Assembly: GCA_963729715.1 (NCBI GenBank) | Contig: CAVSPA010000004.1 | Span: forward strand, 160,001-224,000 | Reading direction: 5' to 3' | Origin: an uncultured delta proteobacterium | GTDB lineage: Bacteria; Desulfobacterota; Syntrophia; Syntrophales; UBA2185 | DNA: 64,000 nucleotides | In this document: one piece after another, positions 42,334 through 52,940 of the stretch | Layout of the letters: every line of letters starts with the position of its first letter | How positions within the stretch are numbered: the stretch's first letter is position 1 | Notes under the pieces: generated by a model | Seen by the model: the letters and a program-made list of their open reading frames with translations, nothing else | The model's database searches: none | What the model was told of the DNA's origin: nothing | Program-made: the position numbers and the translations under genes

Positions 42334-43545
42334 ATGACAGATAAGAGTCGTCCAAGATTGCTCCATCTAAGGTCGTCATGTGAGGCTCTTGAGGTCTTGA
42401 GAAAGATTAATTGCGACCCATATGGCATTGAGGCAATGCTGCCGAAGATGGTTCATCATAATCTGCTACTTGAGGGGATCAAATGTAACGTAGCGAATAT
42501 TATAAAACAAGAAATGCTTTCCGTGGGCGGTGATGCTGCCGTTTCACGTTCTTCCGTATCATGCAGCGTTGAGAAAACGGACTGCGTTATCATGGGTACG
42601 GCAAAGCAGATACAGCGTCTATCCGACAAGATTTCCATTCAGCCGTTGGGATTAGGCAGCATATCAAAGGCGATCAGAGAACTCCTTGCAAATGTTTCGA
42701 AAGAACTTTTTATCCTCAAGACATGCAGAAGGGAAATTGTCTTGGGAGAGAAGACAGGAATCATGGGAATACTTAATGTAACCCCCGACTCATTTTCGGA
42801 CGGCGGCCTTTTCAAAGACATGGGTGATGCAATCGAATATGGTCTGAAGATGATGGAGGAGGGTGCAGACATCATAGATGTTGGAGGAGAATCTTCGCGA
42901 CCGGGTGCGGTGCCGATTCCGCTTGAGGAAGAGATTGCAAGGGTAATTCCCGTAATAAAGGGGTTGGAGAGGTCTATCAAGATTCCTATCTCAGTTGATA
43001 CGACAAAGGCCGAGGTTGCGAGACTTGCCGTGGATAACGGTGCTGATATTGTCAACGACATAAGCGCCATGACCGGTGATCGCCACATGGCAGATGTAGT
43101 CGCGGAGACAGGTGCGGCAATTATCCTGATGCACATGCGTGGAGTTCCCAAAGACATGCAGGAAGGAGATTTATCATACAGATCTCTAAGAGGAGACGTC
43201 ATTGACTTTCTCGGAGGCAAAATGGAAGAGGCCGGAATTGCGGGAATAGCCGCGGAAAATGTCATGATCGATCCTGGCATAGGCTTCGGCAAGACCGGCG
43301 AAGATTCAATGAGGTTGCTAAAATATCTATCGGAGTTTAAGGTCCTGGGAAGACCCATTGTGGCGGGGCCTTCGAGGAAGGGTTTTATAGGCAAAATAAC
43401 CGGTGGCGCGCCGACGGAGCGCATGGAGGGTACTGCCGCTGCAGTGACAGCCGCCATCATAAACGGGACAAACGTAGTGCGGGTGCATGACGTGAAGTCC
43501 ATGAAAAAAGTGGCTGCCATGGCCGATGCGATTCTAAGGGCATAA
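42334..43545 (+). CDS. folP: Dihydropteroate synthase with N-terminal extension
   Basis: MGILNVTPDSFSDGG, DVGGESSRPG, DPGIGFGK, SRKGF, VRVHDV; start uncertain (42256 alternative). Confidence 0.93.
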   Translation: MTDKSRPRLLHLRSSCEALEVLRKINCDPYGIEAMLPKMVHHNLLLEGIKCNVANIIKQEMLSVGGDAAVSRSSVSCSVEKTDCVIMGTAKQIQRLSDKISIQPLGLGSISKAIRELLANVSKELFILKTCRREIVLGEKTGIMGILNVTPDSFSDGGLFKDMGDAIEYGLKMMEEGADIIDVGGESSRPGAVPIPLEEEIARVIPVIKGLERSIKIPISVDTTKAEVARLAVDNGADIVNDISAMTGDRHMADVVAETGAAIILMHMRGVPKDMQEGDLSYRSLRGDVIDFLGGKMEEAGIAGIAAENVMIDPGIGFGKTGEDSMRLLKYLSEFKVLGRPIVAGPSRKGFIGKITGGAPTERMEGTAAAVTAAIINGTNVVRVHDVKSMKKVAAMADAILRA

Positions 43546-43589
43546 AGCAGGAGCTTAAGATTGCGGCTATATCCGATAAGCATTTGAAG

Positions 43590-43967
43590 ATGATTCATGG
43601 AATAGGGACAGACCTTGTGGAAGTTTCGAGGATTGAAAGAATTCTCAAGAAATGGGGAGACCGCTTTCTACAGAGAGTTTATAGCACTGACGAAATCGAA
43701 TATTGTAAGAATAAGGCATTTCCAGCCATACATTTTGCGGCAAGATTTGCAGCAAAGGAATCTTTTCTGAAGTCCCTCGGCATAGGACTGGGCATGGGTG
43801 TCAAGTTAAGAGAAATTGAGGTGATGAACAACGAACTGGGAAATCCGGTACTGAAAATGAATGAAGAAATGGGCAACATCCTCGATAATCTTGGTGTGAA
43901 AGCGATCCACGTTAGTATGACGCATACAAGGGAGCATGCACACGCAATTGTAGTTCTTGAAAGGTAA
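43590..43967 (+). CDS. acpS: Holo-[acyl-carrier-protein] synthase
   Basis: GIGTDLVE, FAARFAAKES, GNP, VSMTH. Confidence 0.93.
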   Translation: MIHGIGTDLVEVSRIERILKKWGDRFLQRVYSTDEIEYCKNKAFPAIHFAARFAAKESFLKSLGIGLGMGVKLREIEVMNNELGNPVLKMNEEMGNILDNLGVKAIHVSMTHTREHAHAIVVLER

Positions 43968-44031
43968 GGTCAGTTGCCGGAGACCGGGACTTGTCGAGAA
44001 ACCCCGTGCGTATGACAGAGCAGGATAAAGG

Positions 44032-44568
44032 ATGGGTTCAAGCGCGAAGAAAATAATTATATCAAGTGTTGAAAATGCCATCAATGAGGGTACTGCCAAG
44101 CTGATGATTACATCTCGGAGTCCCGAGGAAACTTTTCTTATAGGTAAGATTATTGGATGTAATCTCCTTGAAAAGGATATCGTTGCTCTTGTCGGCGACT
44201 TAGGTGCGGGAAAGACATGCCTTGCTCATGGCATTGCGAGAGGGCTTGGCGTGCCGAATGAGTATCAAATAACGAGTCCATCGTTTACGTTGATAAATGA
44301 GTACCAGGGCAGAATGATGCTGTATCACTTTGACCTATATCGCTTATCGCGACCCTCAGAGATGGATGATATAGGATATGAGGAGTATTTTTTTGGGCGA
44401 GGCGTCAGCGTTATTGAATGGGCTGATAAAGTGACAGACATTCTGCCTGACGAAGCCTTGTTTGTCTCGATAAACTATATTGATGAAAATGAGCGTGACA
44501 TAATCATATCCGGACAAAAGAAGAGAATAGCTGTAATTTCGGAACAATTGGGAAATGGAGGTTCTTAG
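44032..44568 (+). CDS. tsaE: tRNA threonylcarbamoyladenosine biosynthesis ATPase
   Basis: GDLGAGKT, SPSFTLINEY, HFDLYRL, VIEW. Confidence 0.93.
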   Translation: MGSSAKKIIISSVENAINEGTAKLMITSRSPEETFLIGKIIGCNLLEKDIVALVGDLGAGKTCLAHGIARGLGVPNEYQITSPSFTLINEYQGRMMLYHFDLYRLSRPSEMDDIGYEEYFFGRGVSVIEWADKVTDILPDEALFVSINYIDENERDIIISGQKKRIAVISEQLGNGGS

Positions 44569-44571
44569 GGG

Positions 44572-45789
44572 ATGGCGCTTGTTGTGCAAAAATACGGAGG
44601 CACTTCAGTTGCAGATATCAACAAGATGGAGAATGTGGCCAGGCGTGTATTGAAATCAAAAGAAGCAGGAGATGACATTGTTGTAGTGCTTTCGGCCATG
44701 GCCGGTGAGACGGATAGACTCATACAATTGGCCCATACGGCGGCTGACATGCCCGATGAAAGGGAGTATGATGCCCTTGTCTCCACAGGGGAGCAGTTGA
44801 CGGTAACTCTTCTCTCCATAATTTTGAACAGATTGGGCCTACGCGCCAAATCTTTACTGGGGTATCAGGTAAAGATTATCACCGACAGATCCTATACGAA
44901 GGCAAGAATTGTCAATATAGATACGAAAAAGATATGCAAGGAGCTGAAGAGGGGAACTATTGTTGTCGTGGCCGGCTTTCAAGGTGTAGATAAGGATGGC
45001 AATATTACAACCCTCGGGAGAGGCGGTTCAGATACGAGTGCTGTCGCCTTGGCAGCGGCGCTGAAAGCGGACGTATGCGATATTTATACAGATGTTGACG
45101 GTGTTTATACTGCGGATCCCAACATTTGTAGAAAGGCACGGAGGCTGAGCAGGATCTCCTATGATGAAATGCTTGAGATGGCAAGGTCCGGGGCTAAAGT
45201 CCTTCAACCCCGATCAGTCGAACTCGCTAAAAAATACGACGTACCAGTCTACGTAAGGTCATCATTTACTGATGAAGGGGGCACACTGGTGACGAAGGAG
45301 GATCTGGAGATGGAAAGGGAAGTGGTGTGTGGGGTAACTTATGACCGTGATCAGGCGAAAATTACTGTGGTTCGCGTTCCTGATAGGCCCGGTATAGCAG
45401 CTCGGCTGTTTACACCGCTTGCGCAGCATAATATCATGGTCGACATGATAATACAGAACGCGAGCCTGGAGGGTTACACGGATTTGACATTCACTGTCTC
45501 GCGCAAGGAAATAAAGAAGGCTCACGAACTGGTTGAAGAAGTGGCAAGAGAAATAGGTGCTGACAGAGTAGAGGTTGATGCGGATGTTTCTAAGATATCC
45601 ATCATTGGTGTGGGGATGATCAGTCATTCGGGTGTAGCCGCAAAGATGTTCTCATCCTTAGCCAAGGAGGGCGTGAATATATTGATGATCAGTACTTCTG
45701 AGATCAAGATATCATGCGTCATACAGGCAAAATATACGGAGCTTGCCGTTTCCGCCCTGCATGATGCATTCGATTTAGATAAGGGATGA
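44572..45789 (+). CDS. lysC: Aspartate kinase
   Basis: [29 protein letters not shown], two ACT domains, STSEIKIS. Confidence 0.95.
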   Translation: MALVVQKYGGTSVADINKMENVARRVLKSKEAGDDIVVVLSAMAGETDRLIQLAHTAADMPDEREYDALVSTGEQLTVTLLSIILNRLGLRAKSLLGYQVKIITDRSYTKARIVNIDTKKICKELKRGTIVVVAGFQGVDKDGNITTLGRGGSDTSAVALAAALKADVCDIYTDVDGVYTADPNICRKARRLSRISYDEMLEMARSGAKVLQPRSVELAKKYDVPVYVRSSFTDEGGTLVTKEDLEMEREVVCGVTYDRDQAKITVVRVPDRPGIAARLFTPLAQHNIMVDMIIQNASLEGYTDLTFTVSRKEIKKAHELVEEVAREIGADRVEVDADVSKISIIGVGMISHSGVAAKMFSSLAKEGVNILMISTSEIKISCVIQAKYTELAVSALHDAFDLDKG

Positions 45790-45855
45790 GTTCTTCGCAA
45801 GATAGAATGAACCGTCACATTACCCATTTTAGGATACCGCAGAATTTATCAATAG

Positions 45856-46432
45856 ATGAATATGCAGAGTACCGAAGGACAACGTGACGGAGCCATCGTT
45901 ATAGTTGTTATTGCGGCAATTGTTTTACGGTTTCCTATCTTTCTCCACAATTTCCGTCCCATATAAACTATATCCCCTTTGGCGATAAGAGTCTTGGCCC
46001 CGTAATTGTCGGGATCACAGGCAATGCGGACCCGAGCGGCATCTTTTATGTGCCCGATACGGCAAGATTCTGTGATCTCCTGGTGGCTGCCGGCATCAGA
46101 AATAGCGAACCATTTGATAATAATTTGTTAAATCGGCGGCTTTCCGCAGGCGACGCCGTTGTCATCGAATCGCGTGGACGCTTAAGGATCGAGCAAATGT
46201 TCAATGCAAATAAACTGGCCCTCTCGGCATTCCGATTGATATTAATAATGCCAGCATAAATGACCTTACGCTGATTAACGGCATCGGCGAGAAAGCTACA
46301 TCGCGGATCGTTCAATTCAGAGAAGCCTCGGGAAGGTTCGAGAGAGTTGAGGATCTGATGAAGATTCACGGGATCAAAGACAAGAAATTTGAAAAGCTCA
46401 AGAGGTATATCTGCACGAGCGATACACCGTGA
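45856..46432 (+). pseudogene. comEA: Frameshifted ComEA-like helix-hairpin-helix DNA-binding protein
   Basis: TM segment, middle domain and GIPIDINNAS..LINGIGEK..IVQFRE..EDLMKIHGIK HhH are separated by two frameshifts. Confidence 0.75.
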
Positions 46433-46461
46433 AGACGCGAGCATTAAAAGATGGAGTTTTA

Positions 46462-47037
46462 TTATCTGAATTTATCGAGATAAGTGAGGACTCTCTGTAT
46501 ATATACTTGCGTTTCGCGATAGGGAGGGACGCCCCTGTGCCTGATAACGGCATTCTCGCCTGCGTTATAAGCAGCCAGAGCTAAAGGAAGATTCCCGTTG
46601 AAATAATTCAAGAGATACCGCAGGTATTTTACGCCGCCTTCGATATTGTTCTCCGGATGGAAGGAATCCTGGACTTGCAATGACGAGGCGGTTGCCGGCA
46701 TCAATTGCATCAGTCCTCTGGCCCCTTTCGGAGAAACGGCCCGATGGTTGAAATTTGATTCTGCCTTTATGATTGCTTTAATCAGGGCAGGCTCTATTTT
46801 ATGTCTTTCTGATGCCTTGATTATCAAGTCATCATATTCTGATATATTATAGCCCAGCTTCCTGTCGAGAAGAACGCGCTTCTCCCTCATGATAAGAGTG
46901 TACTTGACGCCGCTTTCGGTAGGCACGTTTGTGAGATGGATGACGCCCTGTGCGTCTTCGTACTTGTATATATCCGCCCAGGCCGGTGAGGCGATGCTTA
47001 AAGTGATTAGTAATGTAACGAGGACAAATAACTGCAC
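46462..47037 (-). CDS. Lytic transglycosylase (SLT domain)
   Basis: IKAESNFN, GARGLMQLMP, ALAAYNAG, PPYRET. Confidence 0.92.
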   Translation of the reverse strand: MQLFVLVTLLITLSIASPAWADIYKYEDAQGVIHLTNVPTESGVKYTLIMREKRVLLDRKLGYNISEYDDLIIKASERHKIEPALIKAIIKAESNFNHRAVSPKGARGLMQLMPATASSLQVQDSFHPENNIEGGVKYLRYLLNYFNGNLPLALAAYNAGENAVIRHRGVPPYRETQVYIQRVLTYLDKFR

Positions 47038-47234
47038 GGTAACCTCATCTTTAATCGTCTCGGATCAAGGTAAATTTTAATCTCTGTCATCTATATTAGC
47101 ATAAATCTACTACATGGCCATCTTGATTTCAAGAACTTTATGCAATTGGCAAAAGCGGAGATACTCGCTTTCATAGTCCTTGACAGAGTCATGGCATGGT
47201 GTTAGTAAGGCTATAAATATCGTTCATTAAATGT

Positions 47235-47311
<77 letters not shown>

Positions 47312-47351
47312 TCTAATTATCTAATTTATTTGGATTCCGTCTTTTAATTTT

Positions 47352-47373
47352 CGTTCACTAAACGTTCACTAAA
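47352..47373 (+). repeat. Tandem 11-bp direct repeat (possible integrase arm sites)
   Basis: CGTTCACTAAA x2, 40 bp after the tRNA. Confidence 0.55.
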
Positions 47374-47546
47374 TTCGAAAGAGATTCCCTAATTTTTCAT
47401 CCAGGTAACTTCTGGAATACAGATAGTCCTTGGCGCCCCAAATACCAACAAATATCTTTGTGCTACTATCTATATCGGTTCTTAAATCAATAATCTTTAG
47501 CCGACCGTCACGCCAAATCACAAAAACCTACTGTCATGCTCCAGAA

Positions 47547-47747
47547 TCACCTGTGGTCATGTTCCTGAATACGGTGCTGATTTGTAGCGGCATGGCGTGC
47601 TGGCTTGGCACGGGTTCTCAATTCGAGGATGTTTGTCATGATCTTGTTCGATCGCTTGGCGTAACGGCGTGTAATATTTTTTGATGTATGGCCTAGAATA
47701 TCTCTGACCATTTCAAGGTCAACACCTTCGTACATTAACTGGCCGCC
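47547..47747 (-). pseudogene. C-terminal stub of a tyrosine recombinase/integrase
   Basis: QLMYEGVDLEMVRDILGHTSKNITRRYA (box II LGH...T..Y). Confidence 0.8.
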
Positions 47748-47750
47748 TTG

Positions 47751-48185
47751 ATGCTGGTTCTTCTATTTTTGATCACCTCGCCTAGCCGGGATACACCCCA
47801 TATTATGAAGCTGGTGAATGGGTTTTTGCAGCATGTCACGTCTGGTGATTATCGGGGTGCTTATGAATAACTCTCCGAGGAGTCGAAAAAGGTATACACC
47901 CTGAAGGATTTCGTTAATGATCATGCAGAAAATAGCATCAAGGTCCAGAATTTCAGAATCTATGATGTCATCTTCAATGAGTATGACAAAAGGAAAGCCG
48001 TAGCGGTGGTCTCAAGCCCCTTCACTCTCTACGGTCGCGAAACACTACACTTGGAGATGATCAAGGAAGAGAAGGGGTGGCGGATCGTTTTCAGCAGGAC
48101 CATTTTTCACCCGAACGCCCGCGGCCAAGGGAATAGTAAAAGGAAGGGGGGCTCCGTCACCAATTTCTTCAAGAAGCTCTTTTGA
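47751..48185 (+). pseudogene. Interrupted hypothetical exported protein (NTF2-like appearance)
   Basis: Open frame except TAA 47868-47870: ..GDYRGAYE*LSEESK....LEMIKEEKGWRI..; N-terminus abuts the integrase stub. Confidence 0.5.
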
Positions 48186-48206
48186 CGAGACACTACGCTG
48201 CGATGA

Positions 48207-48767
48207 TCACCGCATCGACTTTAGGAATGACGTGACATCTCTAACACCCTCCACGCTCTTAGCGAGAGCGATAGCCTTGTCAGCTTCACTTCCCGTTCCC
48301 ACAATCCCCAGAAGAATAACGTGGCATTGAACCACCTTGACGTCGATATTAGTCGAGTGGATATCATGGGCATTGATGAGAATGCCCTGCACCTTGATGC
48401 TTATGGCGGCATGATCCATCGTCCCGCAGGTATCAATCTTTCTCTTGGGGAGGATGTACGTCGTTACCGATTTTACTCCCTTCACAGAATGGGCGATTTT
48501 AGAAACCTTTTCTTTCTGTTCTGGCGTGTCGTATTCACCGATGAGATAAACATCGCCGTTGTAGCAGAAGGTGGCATAGTCAAAAACATTAATTACCTCG
48601 TCCATGATTCTCTTATCAATGGTGAGTTTGATCTTTTCATCCGTGTAGATGGCTCTGTTTGTGCGCTCCTCCTGGGCCACCCCGTAAGCCCCCCCGAATA
48701 TCGAGGAGCATCCGGTCAAAACGATCAGCACGGTGAAACAACAAAGTATTCCTCCACATTTCTTCAT
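48207..48767 (-). CDS. Dual-BON-domain lipoprotein
   Basis: Lipobox LTGC, GDVYLIG, VKGVKSV, VEGVRDV. Confidence 0.85.
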   Translation of the reverse strand: MKKCGGILCCFTVLIVLTGCSSIFGGAYGVAQEERTNRAIYTDEKIKLTIDKRIMDEVINVFDYATFCYNGDVYLIGEYDTPEQKEKVSKIAHSVKGVKSVTTYILPKRKIDTCGTMDHAAISIKVQGILINAHDIHSTNIDVKVVQCHVILLGIVGTGSEADKAIALAKSVEGVRDVTSFLKSMR

Positions 48768-48870
48768 TTTCTCTCTCCGGGTTCTACTCATCCGACGGAA
48801 CAATAACCGTCGTGTGCTGGCCGATCACCACTCCTCCGAAGAAGGATTGGCCATCGGCTTAATCCTCAAG

Positions 48871-50262
48871 TCACAACCAGTGATCAAATAAATGCGCAAA
48901 CCATTCCCTAAGCTGCGAAAAGAGGGATCTCTCCTGCCACTCTTCCCGTTTTATCTCATGCGACTCCACAAGATCCTTGGCAAATGTCTTCTCCATTTCA
49001 GCAGCGAACTCACGGTTAAGAACAATCGCATTCACCTCGTCATCGTTTAAAAAGCTCCAGTAGTCCATGTTGGTGGACCCGACCGTTGACCAGACGCCAT
49101 CAATGACCGCAGTCTTCGCATGCAGTAAGGCGTTGCGGCGTTCATATATCTTCACCCCCGCGTCCAATAGCTCTGAATAATTGTACTGCGCTGCATGTAA
49201 GGCCAGCGAGGAATCGGTGGTCTCGGGAAGAATGATCTTTACGTCAACGCCCCTCTTGGCTGCATCCGTGAAGGCCGTAAGTACCTGGTCGTCGGGTATA
49301 AAGTAGGCATTCGTCAGATGAATGGAATGCTCCGCAAACATGATGGCGGCCACATACATGATAAACGTGATCCTGTTGTCCGCGCCCGGTGTGCTGCCGA
49401 CGACTCGTACCAGGGCATTCCCATTTTCTTTCATCTTTGGGTAGTAGTTGCGTTCGGATAGTTTAGGCCCGTTCTGCTTGGACCACGTGTCAATAAAGAG
49501 CTTTTGGAATTCCGCGACGGCGGGACCTTCAATTTGAACGTCCGTGTCGCGCCACGGCAGCGGTGCTCCCTCGCCTTCAGCCCTTCCGGAAAGCTTGCTC
49601 GAGTAAACGCTGCTGATGTTGATACCGCCTGTAATGGCGATTTTGCCGTCGACGATCAAAATCTTGCGGTGATCGAGGTGCGCAAGTAACCAGTTACCGT
49701 GAGCCTTAAACGGATTTACCGGATTGAATTCGACGACCTTGATTCCCCCATCCCGCAAGCGCTGAAAAAAGGGAGCGGGATTGGCGTAGCTCCCCACGCT
49801 GTCATAAATGAGATTGACCTGAACACCTTCCGCCTGTTTTTTCAACAACAGGTCGGAAAATTGGCGGCCCACGTCATCGGCATCGATGATAAAGGTTTCA
49901 AGATTGATATGGTCTCTGGCGCTCTCTATGGCTTTGAACATTGCGGCATAAGCGGCCTGGCCATCGGCGAGGAGGGTAACCTTGTTTCCCTTTGTGAGCG
50001 GGCTTTCGGTCAAAGATTCGATTAGGTCATTAAAACGCTGCAGTGTGTCCGTCGACTTAGTGGATCGCTGCAAGCGTTCCATGATGGCTTTGCTCTGCTT
50101 CGGAGATAACAGTCCTCTGGCCGAAACGATTTGTTGCGGCTCTTGGGCATTCGGCGCCGCGTCGATCTTTTCAGAGACATTGGGCAGGGACGCACACCCG
50201 CCGCTGATGCCCAAGATTGTAAACGTCAGGAGAAACAAAAAGAGAGTTTTAATGAATCTCAT
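48871..50262 (-). CDS. cls: Cardiolipin synthase (phospholipase D family)
   Basis: Two HKD motifs: DHRKILIVDG..GGIN and LHAKTAVIDG..GSTN. Confidence 0.88.
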   Translation of the reverse strand: MRFIKTLFLFLLTFTILGISGGCASLPNVSEKIDAAPNAQEPQQIVSARGLLSPKQSKAIMERLQRSTKSTDTLQRFNDLIESLTESPLTKGNKVTLLADGQAAYAAMFKAIESARDHINLETFIIDADDVGRQFSDLLLKKQAEGVQVNLIYDSVGSYANPAPFFQRLRDGGIKVVEFNPVNPFKAHGNWLLAHLDHRKILIVDGKIAITGGINISSVYSSKLSGRAEGEGAPLPWRDTDVQIEGPAVAEFQKLFIDTWSKQNGPKLSERNYYPKMKENGNALVRVVGSTPGADNRITFIMYVAAIMFAEHSIHLTNAYFIPDDQVLTAFTDAAKRGVDVKIILPETTDSSLALHAAQYNYSELLDAGVKIYERRNALLHAKTAVIDGVWSTVGSTNMDYWSFLNDDEVNAIVLNREFAAEMEKTFAKDLVESHEIKREEWQERSLFSQLREWFAHLFDHWL

Positions 50263-50311
50263 GTTCTGCCCCAATGTAAGCTCGTTCGTGTTGTCGCAAA
50301 GATGCGCACAG

Positions 50312-50461
50312 CTATATGGGTTTTTGCCCCTGGATGATTCTGATCAGTATAATGACAATGGCAATGACCAAGGAAATGTGAATGAAATAGCCCATCGCAT
50401 AGCCGCTCATCAGCCCGAGCAGCCATAAAATTATCAGCACGGCAGCAATTGTCCACAGCAT
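50312..50461 (-). CDS. lmo0937-like small membrane protein
   Basis: MLWTIAAVLIILWLLGLMSGYAMGYFIHISLVIAIV, 49 aa, SD GGAGG. Confidence 0.85.
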   Translation of the reverse strand: MLWTIAAVLIILWLLGLMSGYAMGYFIHISLVIAIVIILIRIIQGQKPI

Positions 50462-50575
50462 ATGATCTTCCTCCGGAAATTGTTGAGGCTCGTTGCCGGC
50501 CGCATCACTGCGACAGCCGGAAATGAGCGTCCGGTTCTTTGTACTGTTCACAGCGTTTATACGGATAATGCCCGC

Positions 50576-51127
50576 CTATTTCACGATGAGATCGTTCTTG
50601 AGAGATTTGACACCTTCGACACTGCCTGCAACCTGACCTGCTTTATCGATGGTCATCTGGGAATCGACGAAACCTCTCAGTTGCACGACACCCCTGTAGG
50701 TCTTGACGTTGATCTCAAAGGCCTTGAGGACATCGTCCTGGGCGAGATGCGCCTTGACTTTGGTCGTAATGACCGAATCATCGAAGTACTTACCAGCGCT
50801 CTCTGTCTTGGGCACTGACACAATCAGGTCGTTCTTCACGGATCTGACCCCTTCGACACTGCTTGCAACCTGACCTGCTTTATCGATCGTCATCTGGGAA
50901 TCGACGAAACCGCTCAGCTGAACGATGCCCTTGCGGGATTCTACCGCGATCTGAAATGACTTGAGGAAATCATCAGCTGCGAGCTGAGCTTTTATCTTGG
51001 CCGTGATGACGGAGTCATCGATGTATTCCCCCGTGCTTGACTGTTTCGGTGTCGATGCGCAGGCCACAAAGGTCGCGATCATCATGAGGACGATAATAAA
51101 ACAGATAACGTTGTAGCTCTTTTTCAT
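50576..51127 (-). CDS. OsmY-like dual-BON lipoprotein
   Basis: STGEYIDDSVITAKIKA, VQLSGFVDS, GVRSVKNDL repeated twice. Confidence 0.9.
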   Translation of the reverse strand: MKKSYNVICFIIVLMMIATFVACASTPKQSSTGEYIDDSVITAKIKAQLAADDFLKSFQIAVESRKGIVQLSGFVDSQMTIDKAGQVASSVEGVRSVKNDLIVSVPKTESAGKYFDDSVITTKVKAHLAQDDVLKAFEINVKTYRGVVQLRGFVDSQMTIDKAGQVAGSVEGVKSLKNDLIVK

Positions 51128-51171
51128 AATCCTTACTCCTTCTCTCCTTTTTCACTCATAATATTATTAAT

Positions 51172-51187
51172 ATCCATGAACGTGCCA
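51172..51187 (-). promoter_or_regulatory. Degenerate sigma54 promoter upstream of the BON-cls operon
   Basis: TGGCACGTTCATGGAT: perfect -24 box, -12 box reads TGGA instead of TTGC. Confidence 0.4.
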
Positions 51188-51303
51188 TCAGCAAAAGCCT
51201 GATTTTGGGCTGCGAAATGTCCGATGTAATGTAAGGTGGGAGTGAAATAGTAGCACAGACATCACGATTTATAATCCTCATTTTCGACAGTAGCACGATC
51301 TAA

Positions 51304-51516
51304 AAATACCGTGATCCCAGCGCTGGAAGGTTCCTGGCCAAGGATCCGATTGTGTTTAGAGAGGGTATTAACCCGTATGCATATGTCGGCAACAACCCTG
51401 TAGACTGGATTGATCCACTTAGACCTTATACAGAAGTTGTCATTCGGCAACCAGCGGGTTGGGGTCAATCTTCTTTTGGTCATGTCTCTATTTACGGCTC
51501 AAGTGTGGCAAGTTAA
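51304..51516 (+). pseudogene. RHS repeat-associated core remnant
   Basis: KYRDPSAGRFLAKDPIVFREGINPYAYVGNNPVDWIDPL; no start codon. Confidence 0.8.
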
Positions 51517-51764
51517 GTTTCTATGAAATTGATATTGTGTTCGAGGGTGATTCTTTTTGATTGGGGCCAGGAGAAAACTCCTCAATCGAGATGACCATTG
51601 GCCGCCTGAAAAAAATATTTTGTTGCCAATAGATGATTAATGGCTGAACTCTGGCCTTAATTGTAGTACGATAATAATGGCAAGTAAATGACCCTTGGTC
51701 TTTGAGTATGGATGTTGGCGATCTACTTTTCCCGTAATATTACAAACGCGCACAAAGAGGGTTT

Positions 51765-52820
51765 ATGAAAACATTATTGCACCGATACGGATTTCCATGC
51801 GGTCGTAAGTGTCAACTGGTGCGCGGGACACTTTGCATGGCATTGCTGTTTATCTTTGCGGTCACGGCACATGCGGACGTGCCTAAGGGCATCGCCGAAT
51901 GCGTGAAAATTGATGACAGCGCGGAACGACTGAAATGTTACGATGAGCTGGCCGGGCGTAAGGAAGCCCCAAGCAAACCAACGAGTACAACCGCTTCGGA
52001 AACAAAGCCTGGTTCGCAAACAAAAGTCACATATCTGGAACGGCTATGGGAATTGGACAAAGAGTCCCGGAAAGACAAATATACCATATCACCTCACCGG
52101 TCGAACTACCTCCTTCCCATCACATATGTCGAGTCGCCTAACGAGCAGCCCATAAAAAAGGCTGATCCTAATAAAGAACTTACAAATGCGGAAACCGCTT
52201 TTCAGATCAGCTTCAAGACGAAGATTTGGCAGGACATTTTTGGACAAGATATGGATCTATGGGTTGCTTACACGCAGCGATCGTTCTGGCAATCTTACAA
52301 TTTCAAAGACTCCTCGCCTTTTCGCGAAACCAATTACGAACCGGAGGTTCTTCTGAACTTCCGTACGGACTATGATCTTCTCGGGCTTAAGAACCGTTTC
52401 ATTAACGTGGGCCTCAACCACCAGTCCAACGGACAGTCAGACCCCCTGTCAAGAAGCTGGAACCGCGCAGTTGCGAACTTCGGGTTCGAAAGAGACAACC
52501 TCGTTCTAATCCTAAAAACATGGTACAGGTTTCCGGAGAGTGCCGAAAATGATAACAATTCAGACATCGAGAACTATCTTGGATACGGTGAACTTTGGGC
52601 ATATTACTTTTGGAAGGGCAACAGATTCGGACTGATGGCCAGAAATAACTTGAACCCAAGCACGAATCGTGGCGCCACGCAGCTTGAATGGAGCTTTCCG
52701 CTCATAGAGCGGATGAGCGGCTACATACAATACTTTAATGGCTATGGCGAGAGCATGCTCGATTACAACCACAACATCAACCGCATCGGAATCGGGTTCA
52801 TACTGAAAGATTGGGAATAG
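51765..52820 (+). CDS. pldA: Outer membrane phospholipase A1 (OMPLA)
   Basis: FQISFK, YTQRSFWQ, SPFRETNYEPE, HQSNG..SRSWNR, GYGESMLDYN. Confidence 0.9.
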   Translation: MKTLLHRYGFPCGRKCQLVRGTLCMALLFIFAVTAHADVPKGIAECVKIDDSAERLKCYDELAGRKEAPSKPTSTTASETKPGSQTKVTYLERLWELDKESRKDKYTISPHRSNYLLPITYVESPNEQPIKKADPNKELTNAETAFQISFKTKIWQDIFGQDMDLWVAYTQRSFWQSYNFKDSSPFRETNYEPEVLLNFRTDYDLLGLKNRFINVGLNHQSNGQSDPLSRSWNRAVANFGFERDNLVLILKTWYRFPESAENDNNSDIENYLGYGELWAYYFWKGNRFGLMARNNLNPSTNRGATQLEWSFPLIERMSGYIQYFNGYGESMLDYNHNINRIGIGFILKDWE

Positions 52821-52869
52821 ACAGGAATCTTCTCTCACGAGGCATCAATGGCCTAAAAAAAGCAGGTTG

Positions 52870-52940
52870 AACATCATCCGCAGGCATGGCGCTAAGGTCT
52901 GGGCGGAAGAAAAAGTAAATGGGGAGCCACGTTCTATTTT
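52870..52940 (+). pseudogene. Fragment of a histidine-kinase HATPase C-terminus
   Basis: NIIRRHGAKVWAEEKVNG followed by frameshifted GATFYF. Confidence 0.5.

Noticed and set aside
42639..43598. 319-aa minus-strand ORF and similar antisense ORFs throughout the window
   Set aside because: Shadows of well-supported genes (here folP), with no protein motifs.
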